From assembly GCA_902773015.1 (NCBI GenBank), contig CACYCW010000004.1, forward strand, positions 1-43,288: DNA of 43,288 nt, given 5' to 3'. This stretch comes from an uncultured bacterium (lineage in GTDB: Bacteria > Verrucomicrobiota > Kiritimatiellia > RFP12 > UBA1067). The notes beneath the pieces are model-generated. The model did no database searches. It saw only the letters and a program-made list of their open reading frames with translations, and had not been told where the DNA came from. Shown here one piece after another: positions 7,617 through 15,492 of the stretch. Position numbers and translations under genes: made by a program. Every line of letters starts with the position of its first letter. Positions within the stretch are counted from its first letter, which is position 1.

Positions 7617-9623
7617 TCAGTTGCCGCCTTTCCACTCGGTGAGAACGGCGCGCCCGGAAGCGTCGATGTTCAGGTGATACTCCTTCGAGGTGTCCTTGAG
7701 CATCTCCTTCTGCTCGCGCGTGAGGAGGTGCCGGCTGCGGGCGGTCTCCCAGAGGCGCATCACCTCGAAGCAGGCCTCCGCGTTCTTGCGGTCGGACTCG
7801 ACGGCGGAGATGTTGACGTTGACGGTGGCGGGGCAGTCCCACGCGAGGCACTGAGAGCAGGCGAACTGCCAGTGATCGGGCCTGGTTCCCCCAGACTTCT
7901 TGTCCCACCAGTCGCGCTTGCCGGGCGCGAAGAAGGCCCACCAGCCGAAGTTCACCCGCGTCATGTCCTGCCAGGAGATGGGCGCCTGGGTGACGGGATA
8001 CTTGACGATGTTCTTCTTAAAAATCTTGGGGCTGAAGCAATCGAAGGCGTTGGCGCCCGAGAGGATGTGCCAGTCGAAGTGGGTCTTCGCGGCGCCCTCT
8101 GAGAAGAGCGGCTTCTGCTTGAAGAGCTTCCACTGCCGGTATTGCGCATTCGAGACGTGGAAGTTGAACGGCGCGTTCACACCCTCGGACCCGTCGAAGT
8201 ACGCGTACTCGAATCCGCAGTTGTAGATCGCGGCGATCTTCGCCGAAACCTCCTCCTGCAGGTCGGAGAGCTGGTCGACGTAGCAGCTCATCGGGGAGCC
8301 GTACTCACTGATGTCGAGGATGCCGCCGATCTCGCCGCGCGGATGGATGACGACTCGCGTGTCGTGCGCGCCGCGCCGGACGCCGAGGAACCGATAGGGA
8401 GGCTCGGTGGTGTAGCTCTCATAGGAGACGAGCTCGCCGCCGAACTGCAACACGCGGCAGGGAGCGAACATCGTCACGCCCTCCGTCGGCTCGTAGACCG
8501 TGATCTCTGTCGCATTGGTCGTGGCGTCAAGGGGTTGCGCAAGCGTGAAGCGACGCGTCTTGTTGAGGCGCGGATCGGCGACGGGCGTCACGTAGCGACT
8601 CTTGAGACCGATGTGCGTGTGGAGGAAGTGCAGGCCCGGGTGGATGCCGGCGGCTTTCACCTTGGCCAGCATCCTGCGGAGATCAGCCGCACCCTCTGGA
8701 AAGAGTTCGCTCCAGTCGAAGTCCCCATTGAGCCCCCACGATGGGGCCGTCCGCGTGAAGTTGCCGGCATTGAAGGTCATGTACTTGAATCCGCCGCGAC
8801 GGGCCCATTCGATGTGCTTGTCAATGTTCCGCGGACTCGCCTCGCCGCTCACGTGGTAGATGAAGGCGTTGACAGCGTCGGAGCGACGGCTCTGTACGCC
8901 GCGCGGCAGGTCGAAGTCGACCTCGAGCGCGTCCATGCAGTCGAGGAAGTCCTCCCGCCCGTTCGCCGCGATGAGCGCGGCCGAGGCGCCCTTCAGCTTC
9001 TGTCCGCGCACGAGATCGGCGGTGAGAATGCGAAATCCGCTGCGGTTCTCGTGGTCGATGTCGGCGTAGGGCGAGGTGCCGACGACGCCGATTGCCGATT
9101 TCTCGTCCCAGCTTGCGTTGAGCCAGTCACCAAAGTTCTTCCTGTCGCGGACCGGCAGCTGGAGAACGCGGAAGGACGCGACCGGCGGCACGTCCATCTT
9201 GAGGTAGTCGTAGTCCATCTTCTCGACGATGAAATCGTCAAGTCGGAACTCGACATAGCTGTCCGTGACGCGTAGGCCGACCGCCGCCTCATAGGGCGCG
9301 ATCGCGAAGCCGACGACCAGACGGTCGCCCTCGCGGCGGATCGCGTTCGCCGGATACGTCGTGCGCTTGTTCGGATGGATGAGCTTGATCTCGTTGTTGA
9401 ACGGACGATCCTGGGTGACGGAGAAGAGCGGCACGCCCTCCGCGGCGTTCGCACACTCCTCGCCTGTCGCCTTCAGGACGAGCGAGCACACCTTCGCATC
9501 CGCCCCGACGACAAGCCGGAACCGCGCGTTCTCGATGACGACATCCCTTTCGTTAGCGCCGAACGTCCCCCCGCACGCAAGCACTGCCGCAACGACGATC
9601 ATCAGACTTCCTGCCATCTTCAT
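7617..9623 (-). CDS. Secreted 668-aa protein of unknown function, possible glycoside hydrolase
   Basis: Signal peptide MKMAGSLMIVVAAVLACGG. GGAG lies 7 nt upstream of the second ATG (9621-9623). The central part looks alpha/beta (KYMTFNAGNF...HPGLHFLHTHIG...FEYAYFDGSEG). No family recognised. Confidence 0.75.
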   Translation of the reverse strand: MKMAGSLMIVVAAVLACGGTFGANERDVVIENARFRLVVGADAKVCSLVLKATGEECANAAEGVPLFSVTQDRPFNNEIKLIHPNKRTTYPANAIRREGDRLVVGFAIAPYEAAVGLRVTDSYVEFRLDDFIVEKMDYDYLKMDVPPVASFRVLQLPVRDRKNFGDWLNASWDEKSAIGVVGTSPYADIDHENRSGFRILTADLVRGQKLKGASAALIAANGREDFLDCMDALEVDFDLPRGVQSRRSDAVNAFIYHVSGEASPRNIDKHIEWARRGGFKYMTFNAGNFTRTAPSWGLNGDFDWSELFPEGAADLRRMLAKVKAAGIHPGLHFLHTHIGLKSRYVTPVADPRLNKTRRFTLAQPLDATTNATEITVYEPTEGVTMFAPCRVLQFGGELVSYESYTTEPPYRFLGVRRGAHDTRVVIHPRGEIGGILDISEYGSPMSCYVDQLSDLQEEVSAKIAAIYNCGFEYAYFDGSEGVNAPFNFHVSNAQYRQWKLFKQKPLFSEGAAKTHFDWHILSGANAFDCFSPKIFKKNIVKYPVTQAPISWQDMTRVNFGWWAFFAPGKRDWWDKKSGGTRPDHWQFACSQCLAWDCPATVNVNISAVESDRKNAEACFEVMRLWETARSRHLLTREQKEMLKDTSKEYHLNIDASGRAVLTEWKGGN

Positions 9624-9638
9624 GGTCATTCTCCTTTC

Positions 9639-11723
9639 CTAGTAGACGAAGAGCATCTCACGGTATTTCGGTAGCGGCCAGCGCGAGTCGTCGACGAGCC
9701 CCTCTAGCCGATCGACCGTGCGGCGCAGGTCCTCCATCGCCGCAATCTGGTCGGGGTGACGACCGCGCGCGAGGGCACGTTCGAGCCGATCGCACTTGAC
9801 ATGGAGGTCGTCGAGACCGGCGCCGAGCTTCATCGACAGCGCCGTGAGCCCGCGGATGCCGACCTTGAGGCCGTCCTTGCGTGCCTGGCCGATCGCCGTC
9901 GCGAGCTTCGAGAATTCGTCCGCCACCACGGGGCGGATCATCGAGCGGGCGATTTCAAGGGCGATGCCGGCCTCGATCCGGATGCGGCGGTGGTAGTCCT
10001 CCATACCGATCTCCCAACGGGAGAGCATCTCGCCGCGCGAAAGGACGCCGTAGCGCTCGAAGAGCGCGATGTTGCGCTCGTCCTTGAGCGGCGCGAGGGA
10101 AGCCATCGTGTCGCGCAGGTTGGGGAGCCCGCGGCGTCTCGCCTCCTTCGGCCAGTCGGACGAGTAGCCGTCGCCGGAGAAGATGACGCGCTTGTGGGCC
10201 TTCACCTGGGCCTGGAGTAGCTTCTGGAGATTGGCATTGAAATCGCCCTTCATCGCGTCCAGCTTGTCGCATAGGGCGTCGATCGACTCGGCGACGATCG
10301 TGTTGAGCACCATCTGGCTCTTAGCGCAGTTCTGCGAGGAGCCGGGTGCGCGGAACTCGAACTTGTTGCCGGTGAAGGCGAAGGGAGAGGTGCGATTGCG
10401 GTCCGTCGTGTCCTTCGGAAGCGGAGGCAACGTGTCGACACCGATCCGCAGTTTCATCCCCCTTCCTCCTTCTCTCACCCCTTTTCCCTCGTCCCTCATC
10501 CCCTTCTCTATCGAATCAAGCACGGCGTTGAGTTCGTCGCCGAGGAAGACGGAGATGATGGCGGGGGGTGCCTCGTTCGCGCCGAGGCGGTGATCGTTGC
10601 CGGCGCCGGCCGTCGTCTCGCGCAGGATGTCGGCATGCATCTCGATCGCGCGGATGATGGCCAGCAGGAAAGTAATGAAAATGGCGTTCTCGCGCGGGTT
10701 GGAGCCGGGGGAGAGCAGGTTGCGTCCGCCGTAGGAGATCGACCAGTTGCAGTGCTTGCCGGAGCCGTTGACGCCCTCGAATGGCTTCTCGTGCAGGAGG
10801 CAGACGAGGTCGTTTCGTTCGGCGGTCTGGCGCAGCACCTCCATGATGAGCATGTTGTGGTCGACGGCGAGATTGAGGCTCTCGAACATCGGGGCGAGCT
10901 CAAACTGGGCAGGTGCGACCTCGTTGTGGCGCGTCTTCGCCGGGATGCCGAGGCGCCAGAGGCGATCCTCGACCTCAGTCATGAACTTCAGGACGCGCGG
11001 CTTGATGGCGCCGAAGTAGTGGTCCTCGAGCTGCTGGTGCTTCGCGGGTGCGGCGCCGAAGACGGTGCGGCCGGTCTGCAACAGGTCGGGCCGCTTCATG
11101 CAGAAGCACTTGTCGATGAGGAAGTACTCCTGCTCCGCGCCGAGTGTGATGTCGACGTGCGCCTTGGGCTGGCGGAACTTGTGCATCAGCCGCTCGGTCG
11201 CGCGCGAGACGGCCTGGATCGACCGGAGGAGCGGCGTCTTCATGTCGAGCGTCTCTCCGTTATAGGAGCAGAACGCGGTCGGAATGCACAGGGTCGCGCC
11301 GTTGTCGTGACGCTTGATGAAGGCGGGCGAGGTCGGATCCCATGCGGTGTAGCCACGCGCTTCGAACGTGCTGCGAAGCCCCCCCGAGGGAAAGGAGCTC
11401 GCATCCGTCTCGCCGCCGATCAGATTCTGCCCCGAGAAGCGCTGCACCGCCTGAGCGGGTCCAGTTGGCTCGAGGAAGGCGTCGTGCTTCTCGGCGGTGC
11501 CGCCGGTGAGCGGCTGGAACCAGTGGGTGAAGTGGGTCGCGCCCTTCGCGAGCGCCCAGTTCTTCATGCCCTCAGCGACCGCATCGGCGATCGTCGGGTC
11601 GAGGGGCTTTCCCTCGCGCATCGTCGCGAGCAGCTTTGTCGCGACGGGCCGGTTGAGGCGTTCTCGAATCGCACGCTCGGAGAAGACGTCCTCGCCGTAG
11701 GTCTTGAGACTCGTGTCTTTCAT
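9639..11723 (-). CDS. glnN: Glutamine synthetase, type III
   Basis: ~695 aa. THFTHWFQPLTGGTAEKHDAF near the N-terminus and DRNRTSPFAFTGNKFEFRAPGSS are hallmarks of GSIII. The track ORF starts at TTG 11735; I chose the ATG at 11721-11723. Confidence 0.93.
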   Translation of the reverse strand: MKDTSLKTYGEDVFSERAIRERLNRPVATKLLATMREGKPLDPTIADAVAEGMKNWALAKGATHFTHWFQPLTGGTAEKHDAFLEPTGPAQAVQRFSGQNLIGGETDASSFPSGGLRSTFEARGYTAWDPTSPAFIKRHDNGATLCIPTAFCSYNGETLDMKTPLLRSIQAVSRATERLMHKFRQPKAHVDITLGAEQEYFLIDKCFCMKRPDLLQTGRTVFGAAPAKHQQLEDHYFGAIKPRVLKFMTEVEDRLWRLGIPAKTRHNEVAPAQFELAPMFESLNLAVDHNMLIMEVLRQTAERNDLVCLLHEKPFEGVNGSGKHCNWSISYGGRNLLSPGSNPRENAIFITFLLAIIRAIEMHADILRETTAGAGNDHRLGANEAPPAIISVFLGDELNAVLDSIEKGMRDEGKGVREGGRGMKLRIGVDTLPPLPKDTTDRNRTSPFAFTGNKFEFRAPGSSQNCAKSQMVLNTIVAESIDALCDKLDAMKGDFNANLQKLLQAQVKAHKRVIFSGDGYSSDWPKEARRRGLPNLRDTMASLAPLKDERNIALFERYGVLSRGEMLSRWEIGMEDYHRRIRIEAGIALEIARSMIRPVVADEFSKLATAIGQARKDGLKVGIRGLTALSMKLGAGLDDLHVKCDRLERALARGRHPDQIAAMEDLRRTVDRLEGLVDDSRWPLPKYREMLFVY

Positions 11724-11746
11724 TGCGGATTTCAATGGAAGGAATT

Positions 11747-11878
11747 CTAGACGACGTCAGGGATGGCGAACGGGCGTGCTGTGCGCCAGGCGCATGGGGT
11801 GGCGCATCCCGTGGCCGCGACACCCATTCCGGCGGTGATCGCCATGACCGAGATGAACTGCCGACGATTCGTTCTCAT
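11747..11878 (-). CDS. Possible 43-aa Tat-signal/lipobox mini-protein or gene remnant
   Basis: Read from sequence: MRTNRRQFISVMAITAGMGVAATGCATPCAWRTARPFAIPDVV*. It has the twin-arginine motif RRQFIS and lipobox ATGC, with AGGAGAG 12-14 nt upstream. It is below the track cutoff. Confidence 0.25.
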   Translation of the reverse strand: MRTNRRQFISVMAITAGMGVAATGCATPCAWRTARPFAIPDVV

Positions 11879-11934
11879 GATCCGTGTCTACTCTCCTGTG
11901 GTTCCTGATGCACCTGATGAATCGCCATCCCCCG

Positions 11935-13701
11935 TCATTGACCGGACGTCGCGCCGTGGCGGCGCATCTGCCGTGTCTGTGGAGGGTCGATCACCTCGGG
12001 GAAGAGAGTCGCCTGCTTTTTCGCGGTCTGCCGACGGATGATCCACATCTGCACGATCGAGAACAGGTTCGAGAGGAACCAGTAGAGCGACAGCGCGGAC
12101 GGGAACGAGTAGAACATCACCAGCATCATGAGCGGCATGAAGATCATCATCATCCGCTGCTGCTTCGCGTCACCCGTCGACGGCGTGAACGCGCTCTGCA
12201 GACCCGTCGAGACCGCCATCAGGATGGGCAGGATGTTGAGCCCGCCGAAGGGGAACCAATCCGCGAAGAGCGCCTCGGGCTCGGATAGGTCTGATATCCA
12301 GAGGAATGGCGCGTACCGAAGCTCGACCGCCGACCGGAGCACGTTGAACAGCGCGATGAACACCGGTATCTGGATCAGCATCGGCAGGCACGAGCTCAGC
12401 GGGTTCACCTTTTTCTCCTTGTAGAGCATCCAGATCTCCTGTTGCATCCGCTGAGGATTGTCCTTGTACTTCGTCTGGATATCCTTCATGAGCGGCTGGA
12501 TCTCCTGCATCCTCTTCATGCCCACCGTCGACTTGTGGGTGAGCGGCCAGAAGAGGACACGCACGAGGATCGTGAGGAGGATGATGGCGATGCCGTAGTT
12601 TGGTATCCATCCGTTGAAGAGGTTCAGCACCCAGACGAGCGGATAGCAGAGCCAGCGCCACATGCCGAACTCCATCACATCCTTCATTCCAAGGTCCCAG
12701 AGGAGCGACTGCTTCTTCGGCCCCACGTAAAAGGTGAGCGTGCGCTCGGGTCCGTCTGCCCTGAAGCTCGCTGTCGCGGAGATGCTCTCGGGCCGGTAGT
12801 TCGCCGCCGCCGTGTCGCGCGTCACCGTCGCCCGGAACCCCGCGATCGGCTCGGTGCTCGCCGCAAGCGCTGTCACGAAGAACCGGTTCTTCATCGCCAC
12901 CCAAGTCTGCGGGCGCATGTAGCCTATGACCTGACGAATGGGCATCCCCGCCGCGGACTGCGAGCCGCTGCACCCGCCCGCGAGGCCGGCGACGAGATAG
13001 GGCTTGAGCGGCGAGTCGTCGTCGCCATGGTGGATGACGCCGGGCTTGCCCTTGCCCGCATCCAGCACCCAGCTGTCGACGGATAGCAGGTCGTTCTTCG
13101 AGCTGCCCATGGTCATCGCGCCGAGCGAGACGGATCCGGAGATTCCCTTGTCCGCCACACTGATGCGGTAGTCCTTGTCGAGCGAAATCAGGCGGCTCCT
13201 CTCGCCGTTCGTGAACCACACGGACTTCTCGGCCGGATTCTCTTCGGCGATCGTGAACGCCTCGATCGTCTCGCCTGCGCCGAGCGGCGAGGCCGAGAAG
13301 TCGAGCACCACCGGCAAGTTCTCATCCGAGACAGGGCCGCAGTCCCGCGCATAGTTCTTGAGCGTCACCTTCTTGACAACCGCCCCCCACGTCGAAAGCT
13401 CGAGCTTAACCTCGTCATTCTCAAGCGTGACGATCTTCTCGGGTACCGATGGCTTCTGCGGCTCGACGGGGTTCGCCGGTTCGCGAACCGCCGCTTGCGG
13501 CCGATTGCCATCGACAGCCGTCTGCATCGGTTGCTGTCGACTGACGTCGGTCGCTGTCGTTCGCTGTGCCTGCTCGGCGATCGCCTGGGCCGTCTCGGCC
13601 TGCCGCTTGGCGCTCTCCTTCGCACGCCCGGCCTCGCTGAAGATGTACCACGCGAGCACACCACCCAGGATAAGGCAGATGATCTTCTCAGTTCTGTTCA
13701 T
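11935..13701 (-). CDS. yidC: Membrane protein insertase YidC
   Basis: N-terminal TM (IICLILGGVLAWYIF), a large periplasmic domain, and a C-terminal core GIAIILLTILVRVLFWPLTHKS...MQEIQPLMKDIQTKYKDNPQRMQQEIWMLYKEKKVNPLSSCLPMLIQIPVFIALF. Trimmed to the ATG at 13699-13701, which overlaps the yidD stop (ATGA). Confidence 0.92.
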   Translation of the reverse strand: MNRTEKIICLILGGVLAWYIFSEAGRAKESAKRQAETAQAIAEQAQRTTATDVSRQQPMQTAVDGNRPQAAVREPANPVEPQKPSVPEKIVTLENDEVKLELSTWGAVVKKVTLKNYARDCGPVSDENLPVVLDFSASPLGAGETIEAFTIAEENPAEKSVWFTNGERSRLISLDKDYRISVADKGISGSVSLGAMTMGSSKNDLLSVDSWVLDAGKGKPGVIHHGDDDSPLKPYLVAGLAGGCSGSQSAAGMPIRQVIGYMRPQTWVAMKNRFFVTALAASTEPIAGFRATVTRDTAAANYRPESISATASFRADGPERTLTFYVGPKKQSLLWDLGMKDVMEFGMWRWLCYPLVWVLNLFNGWIPNYGIAIILLTILVRVLFWPLTHKSTVGMKRMQEIQPLMKDIQTKYKDNPQRMQQEIWMLYKEKKVNPLSSCLPMLIQIPVFIALFNVLRSAVELRYAPFLWISDLSEPEALFADWFPFGGLNILPILMAVSTGLQSAFTPSTGDAKQQRMMMIFMPLMMLVMFYSFPSALSLYWFLSNLFSIVQMWIIRRQTAKKQATLFPEVIDPPQTRQMRRHGATSGQ

Positions 13702-13970
13702 ACCGCATTCCTCTCGAAATCGTTCCGCCACCGCCCTTTCACCGGCACCGGATCGTATCCGTGCGCACCGAAGGGATGGCACCTCATGATGCGCCACAAC
13801 CCGAGGAGCGTTCCCTTCACGGCCCCGTGCATCCGCAGCGCCTCGATCATGTAGTTCGAGCAACTCGGCTCGAATCGGCACGCTCCGCCCATCAGCGGAC
13901 TCAACGTGACCTGGTACGCTCTCACGAGGAGGATCAGCGCCCGTCTCGGGATGCTTGCGAGGCGAGACAC
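13698..13970 (-). CDS. yidD: Membrane protein insertion efficiency factor YidD
   Basis: LILLVRAYQVTLSPLMGGACRFEPSCSNYMIEALRMHGAVKGTLLGLWRIMRCHPFGAHGYDPVP is the YidD signature. Start is uncertain. GTG at 13968-13970 gives a typical 90 aa; the ATG at 14037-14039 would overlap rnpA by 106 nt. Confidence 0.8.
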   Translation of the reverse strand: MSRLASIPRRALILLVRAYQVTLSPLMGGACRFEPSCSNYMIEALRMHGAVKGTLLGLWRIMRCHPFGAHGYDPVPVKGRWRNDFERNAV

Positions 13971-14275
13971 GTGCGCAGGTCCTCCATAACGTCCAACACT
14001 TTCTTTCCCACTAGGGATGCGCGACCGATCAGAATCCATTCCGTGCGCTCGGGCATCGCCCCCTCCTTCACGAGCAACCGAAACGCCTCGCGCAGAAGGC
14101 GCTTGGCCCGGTTACGATCGACGGCATCGTGAAAGCTCCGCTTGGAAACGACGACGCCGGCCCTGCGGTCGGCGTCAGGCGATTCCAGATGCCACGCAAC
14201 GAGGAGACGTCCCTTGACGGAACGCCCCCGGTCGAAGATACGCGCGTATCTCGCCCCGGGGAGTCGCGTGGACAT
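13934..14275 (-). CDS. rnpA: Ribonuclease P protein component
   Basis: 113 aa, basic. VVVSKRSFHDAVDRNRAKRLLREAF matches the RnpA RNR motif. Canonical position between rpmH and yidD. Confidence 0.9.
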   Translation of the reverse strand: MSTRLPGARYARIFDRGRSVKGRLLVAWHLESPDADRRAGVVVSKRSFHDAVDRNRAKRLLREAFRLLVKEGAMPERTEWILIGRASLVGKKVLDVMEDLRTCLASQASRDGR

Positions 14276-14286
14276 TCCGTCGGCCC

Positions 14287-14424
14287 TCAGACCTGCGTCA
14301 GGCGCTTGCGCCCCTTAGCACGACGAGCCGCGAGAACCTTCCTCCCGCCCTTCGTCGCCTTGCGTGCGCGATAGCCGATTTTCCTTTTCCGCTTGATCTT
14401 AGACGGCTGCCATGTCATTTTCAT
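14287..14424 (-). CDS. rpmH: 50S ribosomal protein L34
   Basis: Not in the ORF track (45 aa). Minus strand reads [50 protein letters not shown] lies ~10 nt upstream of the ATG at 14422-14424. Confidence 0.95.
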   Translation of the reverse strand: MKMTWQPSKIKRKRKIGYRARKATKGGRKVLAARRAKGRKRLTQV

Positions 14425-14458
14425 GATTCTTGTTTCCTTTCAAGTCAAATGTCTGAAT

Positions 14459-14488
14459 ATTATATCAAATTTTCCCCTTGGCTTTCAA
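14459..14488 (-). promoter_or_regulatory. Sigma70-type promoter TTGAAA-N18-(TGA)TATAAT for rpmH-rnpA-yidD-yidC
   Basis: Minus strand reads TTGAAA GCCAAGGGGAAAATTTGA TATAAT, then a ~27-nt leader containing AAGGA. The TGA of the extended -10 (14465-14467) is the coaB stop codon. Confidence 0.6.
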
Positions 14489-15127
14489 GTGCGCCAGAAT
14501 GCGTGATGCGACCTGGCGCTTCGTGAGCAGTGGCAGGCGCTGAACCGTTCCGTCAGGATGGACAAAGGCCACGCGGTTGGTGTCCGATCCGAACCCGCAG
14601 CCACGCTCCGTCACGTCATTCGCGACAATGAAATCCAGCCCCTTCTCCTGGCACTTGCGCGCCGCCTCTGCGAGCACATGGTCGGTCTCCGCCGCGAATC
14701 CGACGAGATGAAGAGATGTCCGATGTGATCTAATTCGTGAAAGGGTCTTCAGGATGTCGGTGTTGCGCACAAGGCGGAGATTGCCGGTCATCTGTGACTT
14801 CTTCAGCTTGCGCGACGCGCACCGCGCAGGCCGCCAGTCGGCGACTGCGGCGGTGGCGATGACGGCCGTCTCCTCTCCCGCGTCGAGCGATTCGCGGACT
14901 ACCTGGACGGTCGCCGCGAGCATCTCCCGCGCGCTCACGACATCGATGCGTCTGACGCCGCGCGGCGTCTTCAGCGCGACGGGGCCGGCGACAAGCGTGA
15001 CGACAGAGCCGCATCGTGCCGCGGCGGCGGCGACTGCAAAACCCATCTTGCCGGTCGACGGGTTCGAGAGGAACCTCACCGGGTCAAGATGCTCCCGAGT
15101 CGGACCGGCCGTGACGACGAATCTCAT
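14465..15127 (-). CDS. coaB: Phosphopantothenate--cysteine ligase (CoaB domain only)
   Basis: 220 aa. MRFVVTAGPTREHLDPVRFLSNPSTGKMGFAVAAAAA... is the CoaB half of CoaBC. No flavoprotein (CoaC) domain is fused or adjacent. Confidence 0.85.
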   Translation of the reverse strand: MRFVVTAGPTREHLDPVRFLSNPSTGKMGFAVAAAAARCGSVVTLVAGPVALKTPRGVRRIDVVSAREMLAATVQVVRESLDAGEETAVIATAAVADWRPARCASRKLKKSQMTGNLRLVRNTDILKTLSRIRSHRTSLHLVGFAAETDHVLAEAARKCQEKGLDFIVANDVTERGCGFGSDTNRVAFVHPDGTVQRLPLLTKRQVASRILAHLKAKGKI

Positions 15128-15132
15128 TGCCC

Positions 15133-15492
15133 CTACGTCCGACTGCCGACGATGACCGCCTCGGCCGCGGCGGCGGAAATCCCCCTAAGAAGAAGACGCT
15201 TCGACTTTGCCGTCTCGCCGCTCCTGAAGACAACGGCCGACTTCGGCAGCCCGAACGCATCGGCCAGCGTCTCGACGAGCTCCTTGTTCGCCTTGCCGTC
15301 GACCGGCGCCGAACGGATGCGCACGCGAACCGCGTCGCCGATGAGCCCGTCAAGGCCTGCGCGAGAGGAGCGCGGCTGCGCCCTCACGCACAGGATCACG
15401 CCATCGGGGGTCTCGGTGACGGCGCTCAGGCGGAAAACCCCATCTTGCCCATGTCGACGGACAGGTCGCCGAGCGGTGGCACGTTCTTCCAC
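15133..15492 (-). CDS. DUF167 (YggU) family protein
   Basis: ILCVRAQPRSSRAGLDGLIGDAVRVRIRSAPVDGKANKELVETLADAFGLPKSAVVFRSGETAKSKRLLL fits the DUF167 pattern (..V.P.A....I.G......L.V....P..G.AN..L). Start is uncertain. The track start overlaps the upstream gene by 67 nt, and a GTG (VILCVR) further in is possible. Confidence 0.65.
   Translation of the reverse strand: MEERATARRPVRRHGQDGVFRLSAVTETPDGVILCVRAQPRSSRAGLDGLIGDAVRVRIRSAPVDGKANKELVETLADAFGLPKSAVVFRSGETAKSKRLLLRGISAAAAEAVIVGSRT

Noticed and set aside
11771-11790. A sigma54-like element on the minus strand upstream of glnN (CCTGGCGCACAGCACGCCCG, with GG and GC at the correct 12-nt spacing).
   Set aside because: The -12 region reads ACGC rather than TTGC. 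The match lies in GC-rich sequence where GG/GC pairs are frequent, and it sits inside the mini-ORF. The evidence is too weak without knowledge of an RpoN regulon.
14425-15130. The region upstream of rpmH might be the replication origin, since the rpmH-rnpA-yidC cluster is often next to dnaA/oriC.
   Set aside because: rpmH is preceded by coaB after only 40 nt. There is no dnaA, no AT-rich unwinding region and no visible cluster of DnaA-box-like 9-mers.
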